From an uncultured candidate division Zixibacteria bacterium (GTDB lineage Bacteria; Zixibacteria; MSB-5A5; UBA10806; 4484-95): a stretch of DNA of 64,000 nt. This document shows, piece after piece, positions 49,449 through 60,717 of this stretch. Each line of letters begins with the position of its first letter. Positions within the stretch are counted from its first letter, which is position 1. The stretch spans positions 928,001 through 992,000 of the forward strand of contig CAXXKA010000008.1 of the NCBI GenBank assembly GCA_963668625.2, read 5' to 3'. Made by a program: the position numbers and the translations under genes. The notes beneath the pieces are model-generated. The model saw only the letters and a list, made by a program, of their open reading frames with translations, was not told the origin of the DNA and did no database searches.

Positions 49449-52400
49449 ATGAGAACTACATATGGCAGGATAGCTGTATTTATTCTCTTTCTCCTATTAA
49501 CTGCAACTGGTTATGCCCAGATAGATTGGCAAGCTAATTTTTTCATACAACCTTATCCCTCACCTTACCTGAGCGATTGGGAATATAACCGCTCAACCGC
49601 CAGCTTGACCCTGTATAATTATTCGGACAGCGACATTGATGTTATAGTTCATGTTACGGTCAGCCGTCAAAACGGAGAATTGATCGGCAGGGTAAACAGT
49701 AATCGCTTATTTATTCCGCAAAGCCCGCCACCCACGATACTGAACTCGGATGATATATTCGACTGGGACTCTGCTGAATACGGTTCCAACCAGAGGGATA
49801 TCATCATACGAACGGGCAGGTTGCCCGAGGGCAATTTCGAGGCCTGCGCCCGGATTACCGATATAAACGGCGAGGTGTTGATTGAGGATATCTGCGCGTA
49901 CTTCTCGATACTATATCCCGAGCCGCCCATGCTTTTAATGCCTAACGATCAGGATACGATTGCGTTACATTATCAAACTTTCCAGTGGACTCCGGTAATA
50001 CTGCCACCTGAATTTCAAGCACTATATTCGATAAAGATAGCCGAGGTAAATCCGGGGCAACAACCCGAGCGGGCCTTGCAGGCAAATCAACTTCATCACG
50101 AGGAATACGATATCACCTCCAATCTGTATCAGTATCCCATCGATGGTTACCCGTTCGAGCCGTCCAAGCAATATGCCTGGCAGGTAAGCGTATTCGATCA
50201 AAACGGTATGCCGGCTGTTTCCAATGACGGCCATAGCCAGATATGGACTTTTTTCACGCCCGATACTACTACCCACGAGGAACCTGAGAAACCCGGGCGC
50301 AGGGATATCGTAGGGCATCTGACCGGCATGCAATCCATGCAACCACTCGGCGATGCTAAAGCGGTCTATCGTCAACTGGAGCAGGTATGGGAAGGCGATT
50401 CTATCGCTTATTATCCATCGCCCGATTCGGAGGTGACCACAACTAACGATAGCGGCAGGTTAAGATTCTCGAATGTTGCCGATAGCTCGTTTTTCAGTAT
50501 TACGATAAGCAAAACCGGTTATATCGATGAGTATTATCTATCCAACACTTATGAGACTATCGGGGATGTAGATCTGTGGAATTTGTATCTCACAGCTGAT
50601 TACGCCGATATCGCGGGCAGGGTCGCACAGATACACTCCGATCAACCTTTACCGTTTACCAGCGTTGAGCTATGGCGGAAAAGACCGATTCAGGAGTCGC
50701 CGGGAGGCGGCGGCCCGGATGTAGAGGACAGATTGTTGCATTCGGCCAGGGCCGACTCCGCGGGTAATTTCGTATTCTCGAGAATTCCCGGTGGCTCGGG
50801 CTATTATCTGAAAATCGATAAACCGAAATACGAGCCTTATGAATCATCTAATTTCAAGGTTATCGGTGGCATTTACGCTTACCCCGGAACAAACTACCTG
50901 ACTCCGAAATACGGTGCGATTAGCGGCACGGTCAGGGACTCGCTTACTAATAATATGATTACGAATGCTATAGTGTATATCTATGCCGATAGCGCGAGCT
51001 CTTCCGGAGTTAAACCCGACAATCCCTTTCAACCGTCAAGACCGGACAACGAACCGATTGCCGGACCGGACACCACCGATTTCGCGGGTCATTTCAATTT
51101 CTCCGAGCTCCTGTTGAACGAATTCGAACAACCGGCCGATCGCTACGTTTTGTGGGTGGAAAAGGGTGAATATAAGACCGCGATGCGATCCGCGCGGATT
51201 ACCGAGATGCAGTTAAACACTACAGTCGATTTCAGTCTATTACCGCAACCGGGGATGATACAGGGAGTCGTTACCAGCTCGGTTGACGGTTCGCCGATCG
51301 GCGATGCCAGGGTGGAGCTTCAGGTAGGAACGCCCCAGAGTATTCGTTACGGTGCGTACGGAAAAACAGAGAGAACGGCTTATACTAACCCTGATGGCAG
51401 CTACAGTATTACCGATATCGAGGAGGGCAGCTACGCCGGGGTCGTATTTTTCAAAAGAGGATACGAAATTTTCGGTATACCCGGTCCTATCGAGATAGTG
51501 AACGGTCGTATTGTTACTATCGATGCCCAGCTACGGCAACCGGTTGGTGTAATTACCGGTCGTGTCGTTAATGAGGACGATAATCCGTTATACGGGGTAA
51601 CTATACTGTCACCTAATGCTCCCGGTATCAGCGGATATACGGAGGTTGATGGGACTTTCATTTTGAATAATGTCCCAGCTACGGATGTGATCCTCGATTT
51701 CAACCTTCCCGGCCATAGCGGTATTTCCGATACCTTGACTGTCGAAAGCGATGATACGGCCAATGTGAATATCACTATGCAGGGCTATCGCGGGAGTATC
51801 ACGATAACGGTAAAGGATTCCACCTCTAACTCTCCGATAGCGAACGCTACTGTCTATATGTCGGGAATGGAGGAGCAATTAACCGACAACAACGGCTCGA
51901 TAACTTTCAACCGGATACCTGTCGGGCCTAAGCGGATAAGGATAGTACCCCCGAACTGGATGATCTTGACTATCGTGAGCGGTCGGTTAATATAGATATC
52001 GACGAGGGGCCTAATAATCCTCTTGTCTTAAAGCTGCTCAGGGGTGGGCGAATTTCGGGACGAACAATACTGGCCTCAAGCGATACACCGGTGAGCGGAG
52101 TGTATGTATCACTCGAGGGTATCAATGGAATAATCGATACGACCAACTCGGCCGGCGAGTTTACTCTTCGCAACGTCCCTGCCGATGAAAATCTTACCAT
52201 CGTAGCCTCACGAGTTGGATATACCACCGCGAGAGTGGATGATATCAATATCGAACCGGGGGAGCATCGCGAGAACATACGGATAGAGTTGCAGGAATCG
52301 GAAATCGATTCGGTTTTCGGATTCGCGGTGGAGTTGGATTCGATTGTCGCTATGCCCGGAGATAGAAAACGTGTTTACGGGGCTGTGGTAAATGTGCCCT

Positions 52401-54568
52401 CCAATCCGGTTATAGGTTTCCGTGATCGATCGACGAGGTTGTATTTCGATAACTTGATAGTCGATAACCGAAACGAGCCGGTGGCTAATAGTTTCCCCAT
52501 AAGCGTGGATGAGATCCCAGTAAAAGTTTTCACCCGGCTAAACGCTACTTTGAAAGATACCTCGGGCGGGCCTCTCAATATAATCTGGAATGATTCGTTG
52601 AACACCGGTGAAATTAGATCCGACCTGGTAATGGAAAACGCCATCCCCAACTGGATACCCGGTTCGCAATGGGCACAGGAGAAAATCGATAGGGTTACCG
52701 CGCCGGCGTTGTGGGCCGATGGTGTATATCACGGTTTGGAGGGGGAGGCTTTCGGCCTGAACATGACCGGGCAAAGTATCGGTTTAAGATTCTGGGGATT
52801 CGAGCTAAGCGTTGACTATACCCGCACTACTGTCGATGATGAGGGATTCCATTACCATGGCGCAATCCAATTCCCGCGCCTGCCCCGCCAGATCGAAATC
52901 GAGAATCTGAATATAAGAAGCCGAGAGGGGGGAGGAGTCGAGTTCGCCGGGGTGACGGTTAAAACCGATCCTCCGATTCGAATGGAGTTTAGCAGTATAA
53001 CGGTAGTCGATAGTTCCGCTACCTGGAACGAGTCCGGTTTCAAGGCTGATGGCGCTATTATAGCTACCTCGCTTGACCGAGAATTCGGCTTTACCGATCT
53101 GCGAATATCCCCGGAGGGTGATTTCCTGAGCCTCGTGTTTAACGCGGATGCTCGTTCGGGCACTATCAACGTACAATCGGCCGAGTTCACTATCTCCGAG
53201 CTCGGTTTCGGTACGGATGATTCGACTCATATCAGATATTTCGTGTTCTCCGGCGCCCTGGCTATTCCTCAGCTTGATGATCCGATCGAATTCCAGAATC
53301 TGAAATTCACCGAGGCGGGAGATTTTACCGGCAGAATACAATTCAACATGGAAAATACCATAGCCGGGGTGGTCACGTTACAACTCCAGGCGATAGAGTT
53401 CGAGGAGGATGATCGGGGTAAATTCATTTTCATCGAGGGAGGCCTGGCGTTCGATATCCCCAACCTTCACTTGCAGGTAGGAAATATCAGGTATTACGAG
53501 GATAGATCGTTCAATATAGAAAGAATAGAGATAAGTTTCCGTGCCGGCCCTACCGAGGTGGCGGTATTCGCCGAATGGTCGGATGACGTTTTTTCCGGCG
53601 GCGGCAGCATAATCGTACAGCCGGCATTCAGCGCGGCGGCGCAGTTCCGGTACGGCGGCTCCGATGACTGGTGGATTAAAATCACGGCTAACTCGCATAT
53701 CCCTATCGGCGCCGTTACTATCATTAATGTCACGGGGGAACTGGGCTATCAGGAGGGTACCTGGATTTTCGGATTCGGAGGAGGTTTCACGGCCGGTAGT
53801 ATGGAGAAAGCCATGCGCATGGATCTCTACGTGCGCGTACTTGCCACACCCGATGGTCCCATCATAAACGGCACAGCCGAGTTAATTGCGATGTCGGGAC
53901 TCGAGATCGGGACGGCCTCGATAATGCTCGATTTCGTGAATGAAAGGTTCACCGGTAATATCACGTTTGAGTTCGAAAAATCGGGTATCGAGGTAAGCGC
54001 ACAGATCGATATCGATATCAAAAGCGGCGAGTACTGGTATGTCGGCGGGCAGGCGGGAATCGACTTTTTCAGCCTGTACGAGCTTAATTCACGATTGGCG
54101 CTTGCTAATAATTATAATGGCTGGATGCATACCCTGCCGGTTTCATTCCATCCTGATAACCGGACTATTGACGGCTATCACTCCGATTTGACCTTTCATA
54201 TTGGAGACTCCGGACGTTGTTGGGGACTTACCTGCGATGCCTGGGCATTCATGGCTCTCAACTGGCAGGGGGATGTCGCAGGTGGTATCAAGATGCACGC
54301 CAATGCTTATGTCGATGTCTGGATTGTCGGGGGTTCGATTACCGCCGATATGGAGGCGGCCGTGCAGTACGTGAATGACTGTTTCGCTCTTCACGCCCAT
54401 GCGGGGGTAGAACTTAAGCTCTGGATAGGCTGTTGCGGACGAGGGGATGGCTGTTGGAATGTCTGCTGGGCCTGGATTTTCCCCTGTGGCGGGACTGCCT
54501 GTTTCGGGGTTGATATAGATGCCGATTACGCCTGTAACACCGGCTGGGATTTCGATGTCGACTGGTAG
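49449..54568 (+). CDS. Giant secreted protein: TANFOR-like N-terminus, carboxypeptidase-regulatory-like Ig repeats, beta-rich C-terminal region (split by a frameshift near 51955)
   Basis: The ORFs 49449-51995 and 52091-54568 are continuous after one frame change (..IVPP|ELDDLDYRERSVNID..). Signal peptide; PYPSPYLSD, LPEG, PP.L..P and FQWTP motifs. Confidence 0.7.
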
Positions 54569-54599
54569 AATATTCGGATAATAATAGAGGAGATAGATA

Positions 54600-56639
54600 A
54601 TGAAAATCATAAAGTTGATGTTAGCGCCGGTGGCAATACTGATAATGATGTCATCCGTATATGCCCAGCAGGAGGAGTTCGGAGTACAGGCGATATCCAA
54701 TCCTGATGGAATACTACTCATAATCGGAGGCGAGATTCTTCACCCGACTACCGCCGATCTTAATGATGGTTGGATCGGCTATAATATTTACAGGCAAAAA
54801 TCAGGCAAATCGAAATACGATAAGGTTAACGAGAAACCGTTAAGCCGGGTGGATTCCATCGATGATTTAGAGAAGAAACTCGGTATCAAAACTCAATACG
54901 CGATAAAATTCCTGGGATTGGAAACTACCGAAGAGCTCTGGGAAATGTTGCTAAGCGGAGATCAGAAAATAATGATGATCAGTATTCTTGATCTCTCCTA
55001 CAGGGAAATATTAGGACTATCTTTTCAAGATAGAAATGTTAAACCGGGTATCTCTTACTCGTATGTTATCACCAGGGTAAATAGTGATGGCAAAGAATCC
55101 GAGCGTTCGGCAGAATCGATAGTCACGTTCGGCAAGTCTCCGTTTGATTTGAAAGGCCCGTTAAATGTCATTGCCGAGGCGGATGAGCATGAAGTGCGTC
55201 TTTCCTGGCAGGTCAACCCCGCCGATACCGGAGTATTTTCTTATTCCATATATAGAACGAATAAACCGGCCGGACCTTTCGATAAGGTAAACGACAAGCC
55301 GGTCATGATATTCGGACAGGAGGGAGTGGATAAACCGTTTCCCGGCGCGTTTACCGATAGCAAAATCAAACCCGGGTTAAAATATTATTACGCGGTGGTC
55401 TCGGTGGATATCGCCGGTAACGAAAGCGAAAAATATCCCCTTGTCGAGATTACGCCCGGTGATATGAAAGCGCCGGCCATACCGCAAAACATAAAAGCTA
55501 AATCCGGTGATCCGGGCATTACCTTAACCTGGGATATCGGTGATGAGGCGGACCTGGCCGGTTACAATATTTTTAGAAGCCAATTTGCCGACAGCCAATT
55601 CGTCAAAATAAACAACATGATGGTTCCGCCCGATACGGGATTGTACTATGATCATAAAGCGCGAGCGGGTGTACAGTATTACTATCGCCTGACCGCCCGG
55701 GATCGTTCAGGAAACCAGTCGCAGCGTTCGGCCAGGGTGTTTTCGGTATACGAAAACAGCCGTGGACTGTTGTCACCGCAAGCTGTTGGCGCAGCGGGTA
55801 CCCGGGAGGGAGTGACTGTCACCTGGGAGCGAAATTCCGAGCCGGATCTGCAGGGTTATTACGTGTTCAGGGGAGAAAGCGCCACTGACAAACCGGTGCA
55901 GGTTTCGCCCCTGCTGCCGGGAGATACCACCGGCTATCATGATAAGGATAAACATCTCTCCCCCAAAGGCAATTACTGGTATTACGTGCAGGCGATAAAT
56001 TATTCGGGCTACACCAGCGAGCTATCTACTCCCGCCACCGCAAGTCCTGATATTATCGTACTTCCTGAGCCGCCTCTTTCGTTTTACGGTTACCAGGATT
56101 TGAAAGGCAACCGTTTGTTCTGGGATCTGCCTTTCGATAACACGGTTGTCGGCTATTATATCTACCGGGCCGAGGAATCGATCAGCGGCTCATGGCTGAA
56201 AGTTACATCCGCGCCGGTTCCCGGAAATATCCGTACTTTTACCGACACCACCGCCGAGAATGGCGTGACCTACAGGTATCAGATCAGGTCGGTAAACGCA
56301 AATGGCGCCGAAAGCAAGCCCTCCCATAGTGTGTTGTTGAACATATTCACGCCGCCGCCATTGCCACCGGGTGGCATTATGGTTACCTCGGTTGCCGGGG
56401 GATTGAAAATCTCCTGGGATAAGACTATGGAGGGGGATGCGGTTGGTTATTATATCTACCGAAGAATACCGGGGGGGAGAATCGAAAGGATAACACGGGA
56501 TATCATCGATAAGAGCGAATCAAGTTTCGTGGATGGTGGTAGTGTGCCGGGAAAGAGGTATTACTATTCGGTTTCCTGTCTGGATGAGCATGGCCGCGAG
56601 GGCGCCAGATCGGCGGAGCAGGAGTATTTCATGCGATAG
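54600..56639 (+). CDS. Secreted fibronectin type III repeat protein
   Basis: Signal peptide; six repeats of P.P....L.W....GY.IYR....D.....Y.Y...A. Confidence 0.88.
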   Translation: MKIIKLMLAPVAILIMMSSVYAQQEEFGVQAISNPDGILLIIGGEILHPTTADLNDGWIGYNIYRQKSGKSKYDKVNEKPLSRVDSIDDLEKKLGIKTQYAIKFLGLETTEELWEMLLSGDQKIMMISILDLSYREILGLSFQDRNVKPGISYSYVITRVNSDGKESERSAESIVTFGKSPFDLKGPLNVIAEADEHEVRLSWQVNPADTGVFSYSIYRTNKPAGPFDKVNDKPVMIFGQEGVDKPFPGAFTDSKIKPGLKYYYAVVSVDIAGNESEKYPLVEITPGDMKAPAIPQNIKAKSGDPGITLTWDIGDEADLAGYNIFRSQFADSQFVKINNMMVPPDTGLYYDHKARAGVQYYYRLTARDRSGNQSQRSARVFSVYENSRGLLSPQAVGAAGTREGVTVTWERNSEPDLQGYYVFRGESATDKPVQVSPLLPGDTTGYHDKDKHLSPKGNYWYYVQAINYSGYTSELSTPATASPDIIVLPEPPLSFYGYQDLKGNRLFWDLPFDNTVVGYYIYRAEESISGSWLKVTSAPVPGNIRTFTDTTAENGVTYRYQIRSVNANGAESKPSHSVLLNIFTPPPLPPGGIMVTSVAGGLKISWDKTMEGDAVGYYIYRRIPGGRIERITRDIIDKSESSFVDGGSVPGKRYYYSVSCLDEHGREGARSAEQEYFMR

Positions 56640-57146
56640 ATGTAATTGCTCTATGCCACGTTTACAGGCGACATTCGGCAGGGTTGCATCATTATTATAG
56701 TATAACTATTGAATAGCAGATTATTTGTCAAGTACGGAGCAGGGTACCTGATTTTAAATACGTGTCGCATTCGTGTTTTATTACTGGAGTGGTCATCAAT
56801 TTTAATGTGTCAAATGCATTTTTGAATATCGTACACTCTAATTTTTCTTTTCAGATTTATAAAAAACCTAACTCATTTCGACAACTGGTAATCATAGATA
56901 TTATTGAACGAATTTGATGCTATAAATTATAACATCATCTACTGTTAGTTAAAAACTATTCTACTGCTTAGACTATCTAATAACGAAATTTGCTTGGACG
57001 AGCCTAGTAAGTTTACTATATTTCATTAATATTTGATAGTCATATTGATTTTGTTTAATTGATATGAAAATAAACTAGTATAGCAGATTTAGTGATAGTA
57101 TCGATACGTGTCCGAGAGCTAGTTATACATTAGAGAGAAACAAGCT

Positions 57147-60100
57147 ATGTATTTTCGCAATCCGAAATTGATTCCACTGCCGGAGACATCGCAGGATTTT
57201 GAACGATTGTGCATGTATATAGCTCGTAACCACTATGGCCCTGATTTTTATCGCTATGGCCGAAGCGGACAGGAGCAAAGTGGCATTGATGTTTATTCGG
57301 CTTATAACGATGGCGTATATTTGCAATGCAAACTGTATAAAAAATATACACCTAAATTGATTTCGGAATTGAAAGAAGACTTTTCTGCGGCCCTGAAAAA
57401 GTGCCCTGATTTAAGAAAATTTATTTTTGCCGTTAGCATCGATAATGATAAAAATATTCAAGATGTTTGTAAGGAATTGAGTGTCAACAATAAAAGAGTG
57501 ATTCCGTGGTTTTGGGATGAGTTACAAAATGAAATCGCTAATTCTAAATGGCTTTTACGTTATTGCATGAATATTGGATCAGGCGCTCAATGGGTCAATG
57601 ATGATTTCGTCAAAGCTGAAATGGAAAAAGGGATAACTAATCACTGGAGCCCATTACGATTTTATAGCGGAAACGAATATATAGCATGGTATGGTTTACT
57701 ACAAAAATGGGATGCTCCTCGCAAGCATTACGATGGAATTGTATCCGCTATAGATAAGTCATTTGATGATACCTACGGAGATATGCCGGTAGCTGCTGTT
57801 GTTAGAGGTGCTGGAGGAACTGGTAAGTCGGTTTTGTTACGCAGGTTAGCGTTAGATTTGCGAAGGGAATATACTATCTATTGGATTGCAGATAATGCAG
57901 GTGATTTTCTTAAAAATGAATGGGTTTATGATATAGAAATACATAGTGATGAAAAATATTTATTAATATTGGAGGATTGGTATCGCAATTTTACGCGAGC
58001 TACTGATCGACAATCTGTTAATTATCTATTACAAAAGGTAAGGAGATATCCTAATGTTCGATTACTCATCGGTGATAGGCCCGAATCCAACCCTGATTAT
58101 CCGACAATAAATGAAATGATTTTTGATCTAAAAGCCGACGAAAACCATGATTTATTCTCGTATATCACTGAAATCGTTCCCGATTGGAAAGGCAAGTTCA
58201 ACGAGGAAGATCGGGACCTGCTTTATAAATCAGGATTTTTTCAAGCTCTGTTTGTATATCAGTTTTTAGATACGAAAAGAATTCATCGAAAAGCTGAGGA
58301 TTATTTTAGAGAAATTATAGAAAGCGACTATAAGCATCTCATAAATAACAAGGATAATTTCTATCGAGGCCTGGCATGGTCGCTTTACATTGTGTCAAAT
58401 CTGTATATAGATTTCGGAATTCATCTCTCGCCGGAAGCATTAATTGCTATTGCCGAGGATTTTTCAAAGTCCAAGCGTCCTTTTTCGCTCGAAAACGATG
58501 TCCGATTGATAGCAGAGAATACTGTAATTAGAAAGTATATTGAAGTTATTCAGGTCAGCTCCAGGAATGACGCCGGTGAAGAAAATTATTATAGGATTAG
58601 GTTTCTTAACGATACTTTAGCCGATCAAGGATGGCTATCTTTGAATGTCGATGAGTATGATAAATATGAAAGACCATCGACAGTTTTAAGGGTTATTAAG
58701 GCTTTAAAAGCGGAGAAAACGGCATATGATTTAGCAGCTCTTTTAAACTTGATAGTTAAGGCCAAATCAAAGTTATTGAACAAGGATCAAGTCCTCTCTT
58801 GCTGTAATTATTTAATATCAATTAAATGCGACTCTTATCATTATATATATGTATTATTTTCCGAAGATATGATAGATATCAATAACAACGAAAGATATGA
58901 ATATTTACAAAAACTAAAAGGTCTGGGTAAATACAAAACCACATATTGGATTCCTGTCGTTATATGGATGAAGAAGGAATTAAAAGGAAATGACTATAAA
59001 TCAACATTAAAGATGTTGGTCGATGCAGGAACGAATAGTGGTGCTATTTTAAATGCATATTTTAAAATATTAGATGAAAAAGAGTTATTAGCAATATCAG
59101 ATTATTACATTACCCCTGAGAAATTTAACGATAACCTTTATAGTTATTCCCTTCCTACGTTGCTTAAAAGACTAAAAAGCTATGATAAAATTTGTTCTGC
59201 TGCTCTTAACTATTTGAAATCGGAGGAGCCAGAAAAGAATTTCCAGATTTTCACTACCTGCCTCAATATTGTAAAAGCAAACAAGGTTGCTATTGATATT
59301 GCCTTCAATTATCTTAATTCACCGGAGCCAGAGAGAAGAAAAGAGATTTATTCTACTTGTTTGAAAATTTTGGAAGATAAAGAAATAGCGAAAGTTGCAG
59401 CTCGTAAATATATCAAATTACCGAAATCAGAGATATCATACCAGATTTTTAACACCTGTTTGAATATAATAAAAACTGAAGAAGATACGAAAGTTGTTGC
59501 TCGTAAATATATCAAATTACCGAAATCCCAAATTGAAAATGAGATTCTTCCTACTTGTTTGAAAATTTTGAAAGATGAAGAAATAGCGAAAGATGTTGCT
59601 CGTAAATATATCAAATTACCGAAATCGGAAATATCATACCAGATTTTTTCCACCTGTATGAACATAGTAAAAGACGAAGAAGATACGAAAGATGTTGCTC
59701 GTAAATATATCAAATTACCGGAATCAGAGACTACGCTCGCAATTTACACTACTTGTTTAAGTGTATTAAAAGATGAAGAGATAGCGAAAAAAGAAGCGAT
59801 AAAAATATTGAATTCGCCGATTCAAAAAAGTAATGCTAGACTGATATATCATGCGCTGTTTATTACAGCTACAGCGGAAACTGAAGAGCTGGATTCTCTT
59901 GCTGAAGCTAAGGTAAAAGAGATATTTCAGTTAAAAAGGAATTGCTGTGGGGCGGAAGGCAAAATCATTCATAATTTATATTTACAAACCATGAAAGTCC
60001 CATTATTCAGGATAGAAGTCTGGCAATCGGAAGTTGACCGAATATTGCGTAATAAAAATACGATTAACAGGAGATTGTTTGGTTCATTGACTCATAGTCA

Positions 60101-60377
60101 TATTAAAAGGCCTAATCCATTAGCCGGTATGTGTTTGTTATTTTTACGTAACTGGAATGATGAATTTAATAGACCTAGAAAACATTGGGAATATTTTGAG
60201 CGAAGCCTTGCTCATCCAGTGATTGTGGAGAATAGCAAAATTAAAGAAGAGATAAAACATTTATGCAATCGAATGTTGAATGCCTCGAATTGTCCTTCAA
60301 ATTTAAATAACTGCATTAAAAAAGTAGTCGAAAATGATACATTTCCCTTATGGGATCCGGATGGAAAAAGTAATTAA
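57147..60377 (+). CDS. Restriction endonuclease-like domain + P-loop NTPase + helical repeat protein (STAND/Avs-like defence candidate)
   Basis: N-terminal DFERLC..YGRSGQEQSGIDV..LQCK (PD-(D/E)xK/QxK type); Walker A GAGGTGKS; Walker B LLILED; 33-aa repeats; AT-rich. Confidence 0.75.
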   Translation: MYFRNPKLIPLPETSQDFERLCMYIARNHYGPDFYRYGRSGQEQSGIDVYSAYNDGVYLQCKLYKKYTPKLISELKEDFSAALKKCPDLRKFIFAVSIDNDKNIQDVCKELSVNNKRVIPWFWDELQNEIANSKWLLRYCMNIGSGAQWVNDDFVKAEMEKGITNHWSPLRFYSGNEYIAWYGLLQKWDAPRKHYDGIVSAIDKSFDDTYGDMPVAAVVRGAGGTGKSVLLRRLALDLRREYTIYWIADNAGDFLKNEWVYDIEIHSDEKYLLILEDWYRNFTRATDRQSVNYLLQKVRRYPNVRLLIGDRPESNPDYPTINEMIFDLKADENHDLFSYITEIVPDWKGKFNEEDRDLLYKSGFFQALFVYQFLDTKRIHRKAEDYFREIIESDYKHLINNKDNFYRGLAWSLYIVSNLYIDFGIHLSPEALIAIAEDFSKSKRPFSLENDVRLIAENTVIRKYIEVIQVSSRNDAGEENYYRIRFLNDTLADQGWLSLNVDEYDKYERPSTVLRVIKALKAEKTAYDLAALLNLIVKAKSKLLNKDQVLSCCNYLISIKCDSYHYIYVLFSEDMIDINNNERYEYLQKLKGLGKYKTTYWIPVVIWMKKELKGNDYKSTLKMLVDAGTNSGAILNAYFKILDEKELLAISDYYITPEKFNDNLYSYSLPTLLKRLKSYDKICSAALNYLKSEEPEKNFQIFTTCLNIVKANKVAIDIAFNYLNSPEPERRKEIYSTCLKILEDKEIAKVAARKYIKLPKSEISYQIFNTCLNIIKTEEDTKVVARKYIKLPKSQIENEILPTCLKILKDEEIAKDVARKYIKLPKSEISYQIFSTCMNIVKDEEDTKDVARKYIKLPESETTLAIYTTCLSVLKDEEIAKKEAIKILNSPIQKSNARLIYHALFITATAETEELDSLAEAKVKEIFQLKRNCCGAEGKIIHNLYLQTMKVPLFRIEVWQSEVDRILRNKNTINRRLFGSLTHSHIKRPNPLAGMCLLFLRNWNDEFNRPRKHWEYFERSLAHPVIVENSKIKEEIKHLCNRMLNASNCPSNLNNCIKKVVENDTFPLWDPDGKSN
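59200..59790 (+). repeat. 99-bp (33-aa) coding tandem repeats, about six copies
   Basis: GCTCGTAAATATATCAAATTACCG begins at 59400, 59499, 59598 and 59697; six 'TC[LM]' units. Confidence 0.9.
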
Positions 60378-60613
60378 AACCTCTGCATTTATATTGCCTG
60401 TTCTCTAAAAAGCCATCATATAACGGAGTAGGAACCAAATTGCCGAATATGAAAATATGATCCCTATTCATGCTATTTTGCTAAATTATTGGTATTAAAC
60501 TTACTCTGTTGATTGATAGCGAATTGCAATAAATCCGACCTGCACCTTTCGACACCATAAAGCGTCAGAGATTACCACAGATATACCGCAGTTGTTACCG
60601 TATTGTTGACATG

Positions 60614-60642
60614 AAAAAGGCGGCCCTTTTCAGAGCCGCCTT
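60614..60642 (-). terminator. Rho-independent terminator
   Basis: AAGGCGGC..GCCGCCTT hairpin preceded by an A run on the plus strand. Confidence 0.7.
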
Positions 60643-60717
60643 CCGTAGATCAAGGTCAAAGTGTTAGAGCACTTTTCAAGAAGTAGTAGCTGAGTTTAAT
60701 TACTCGAATCAAGGAGT

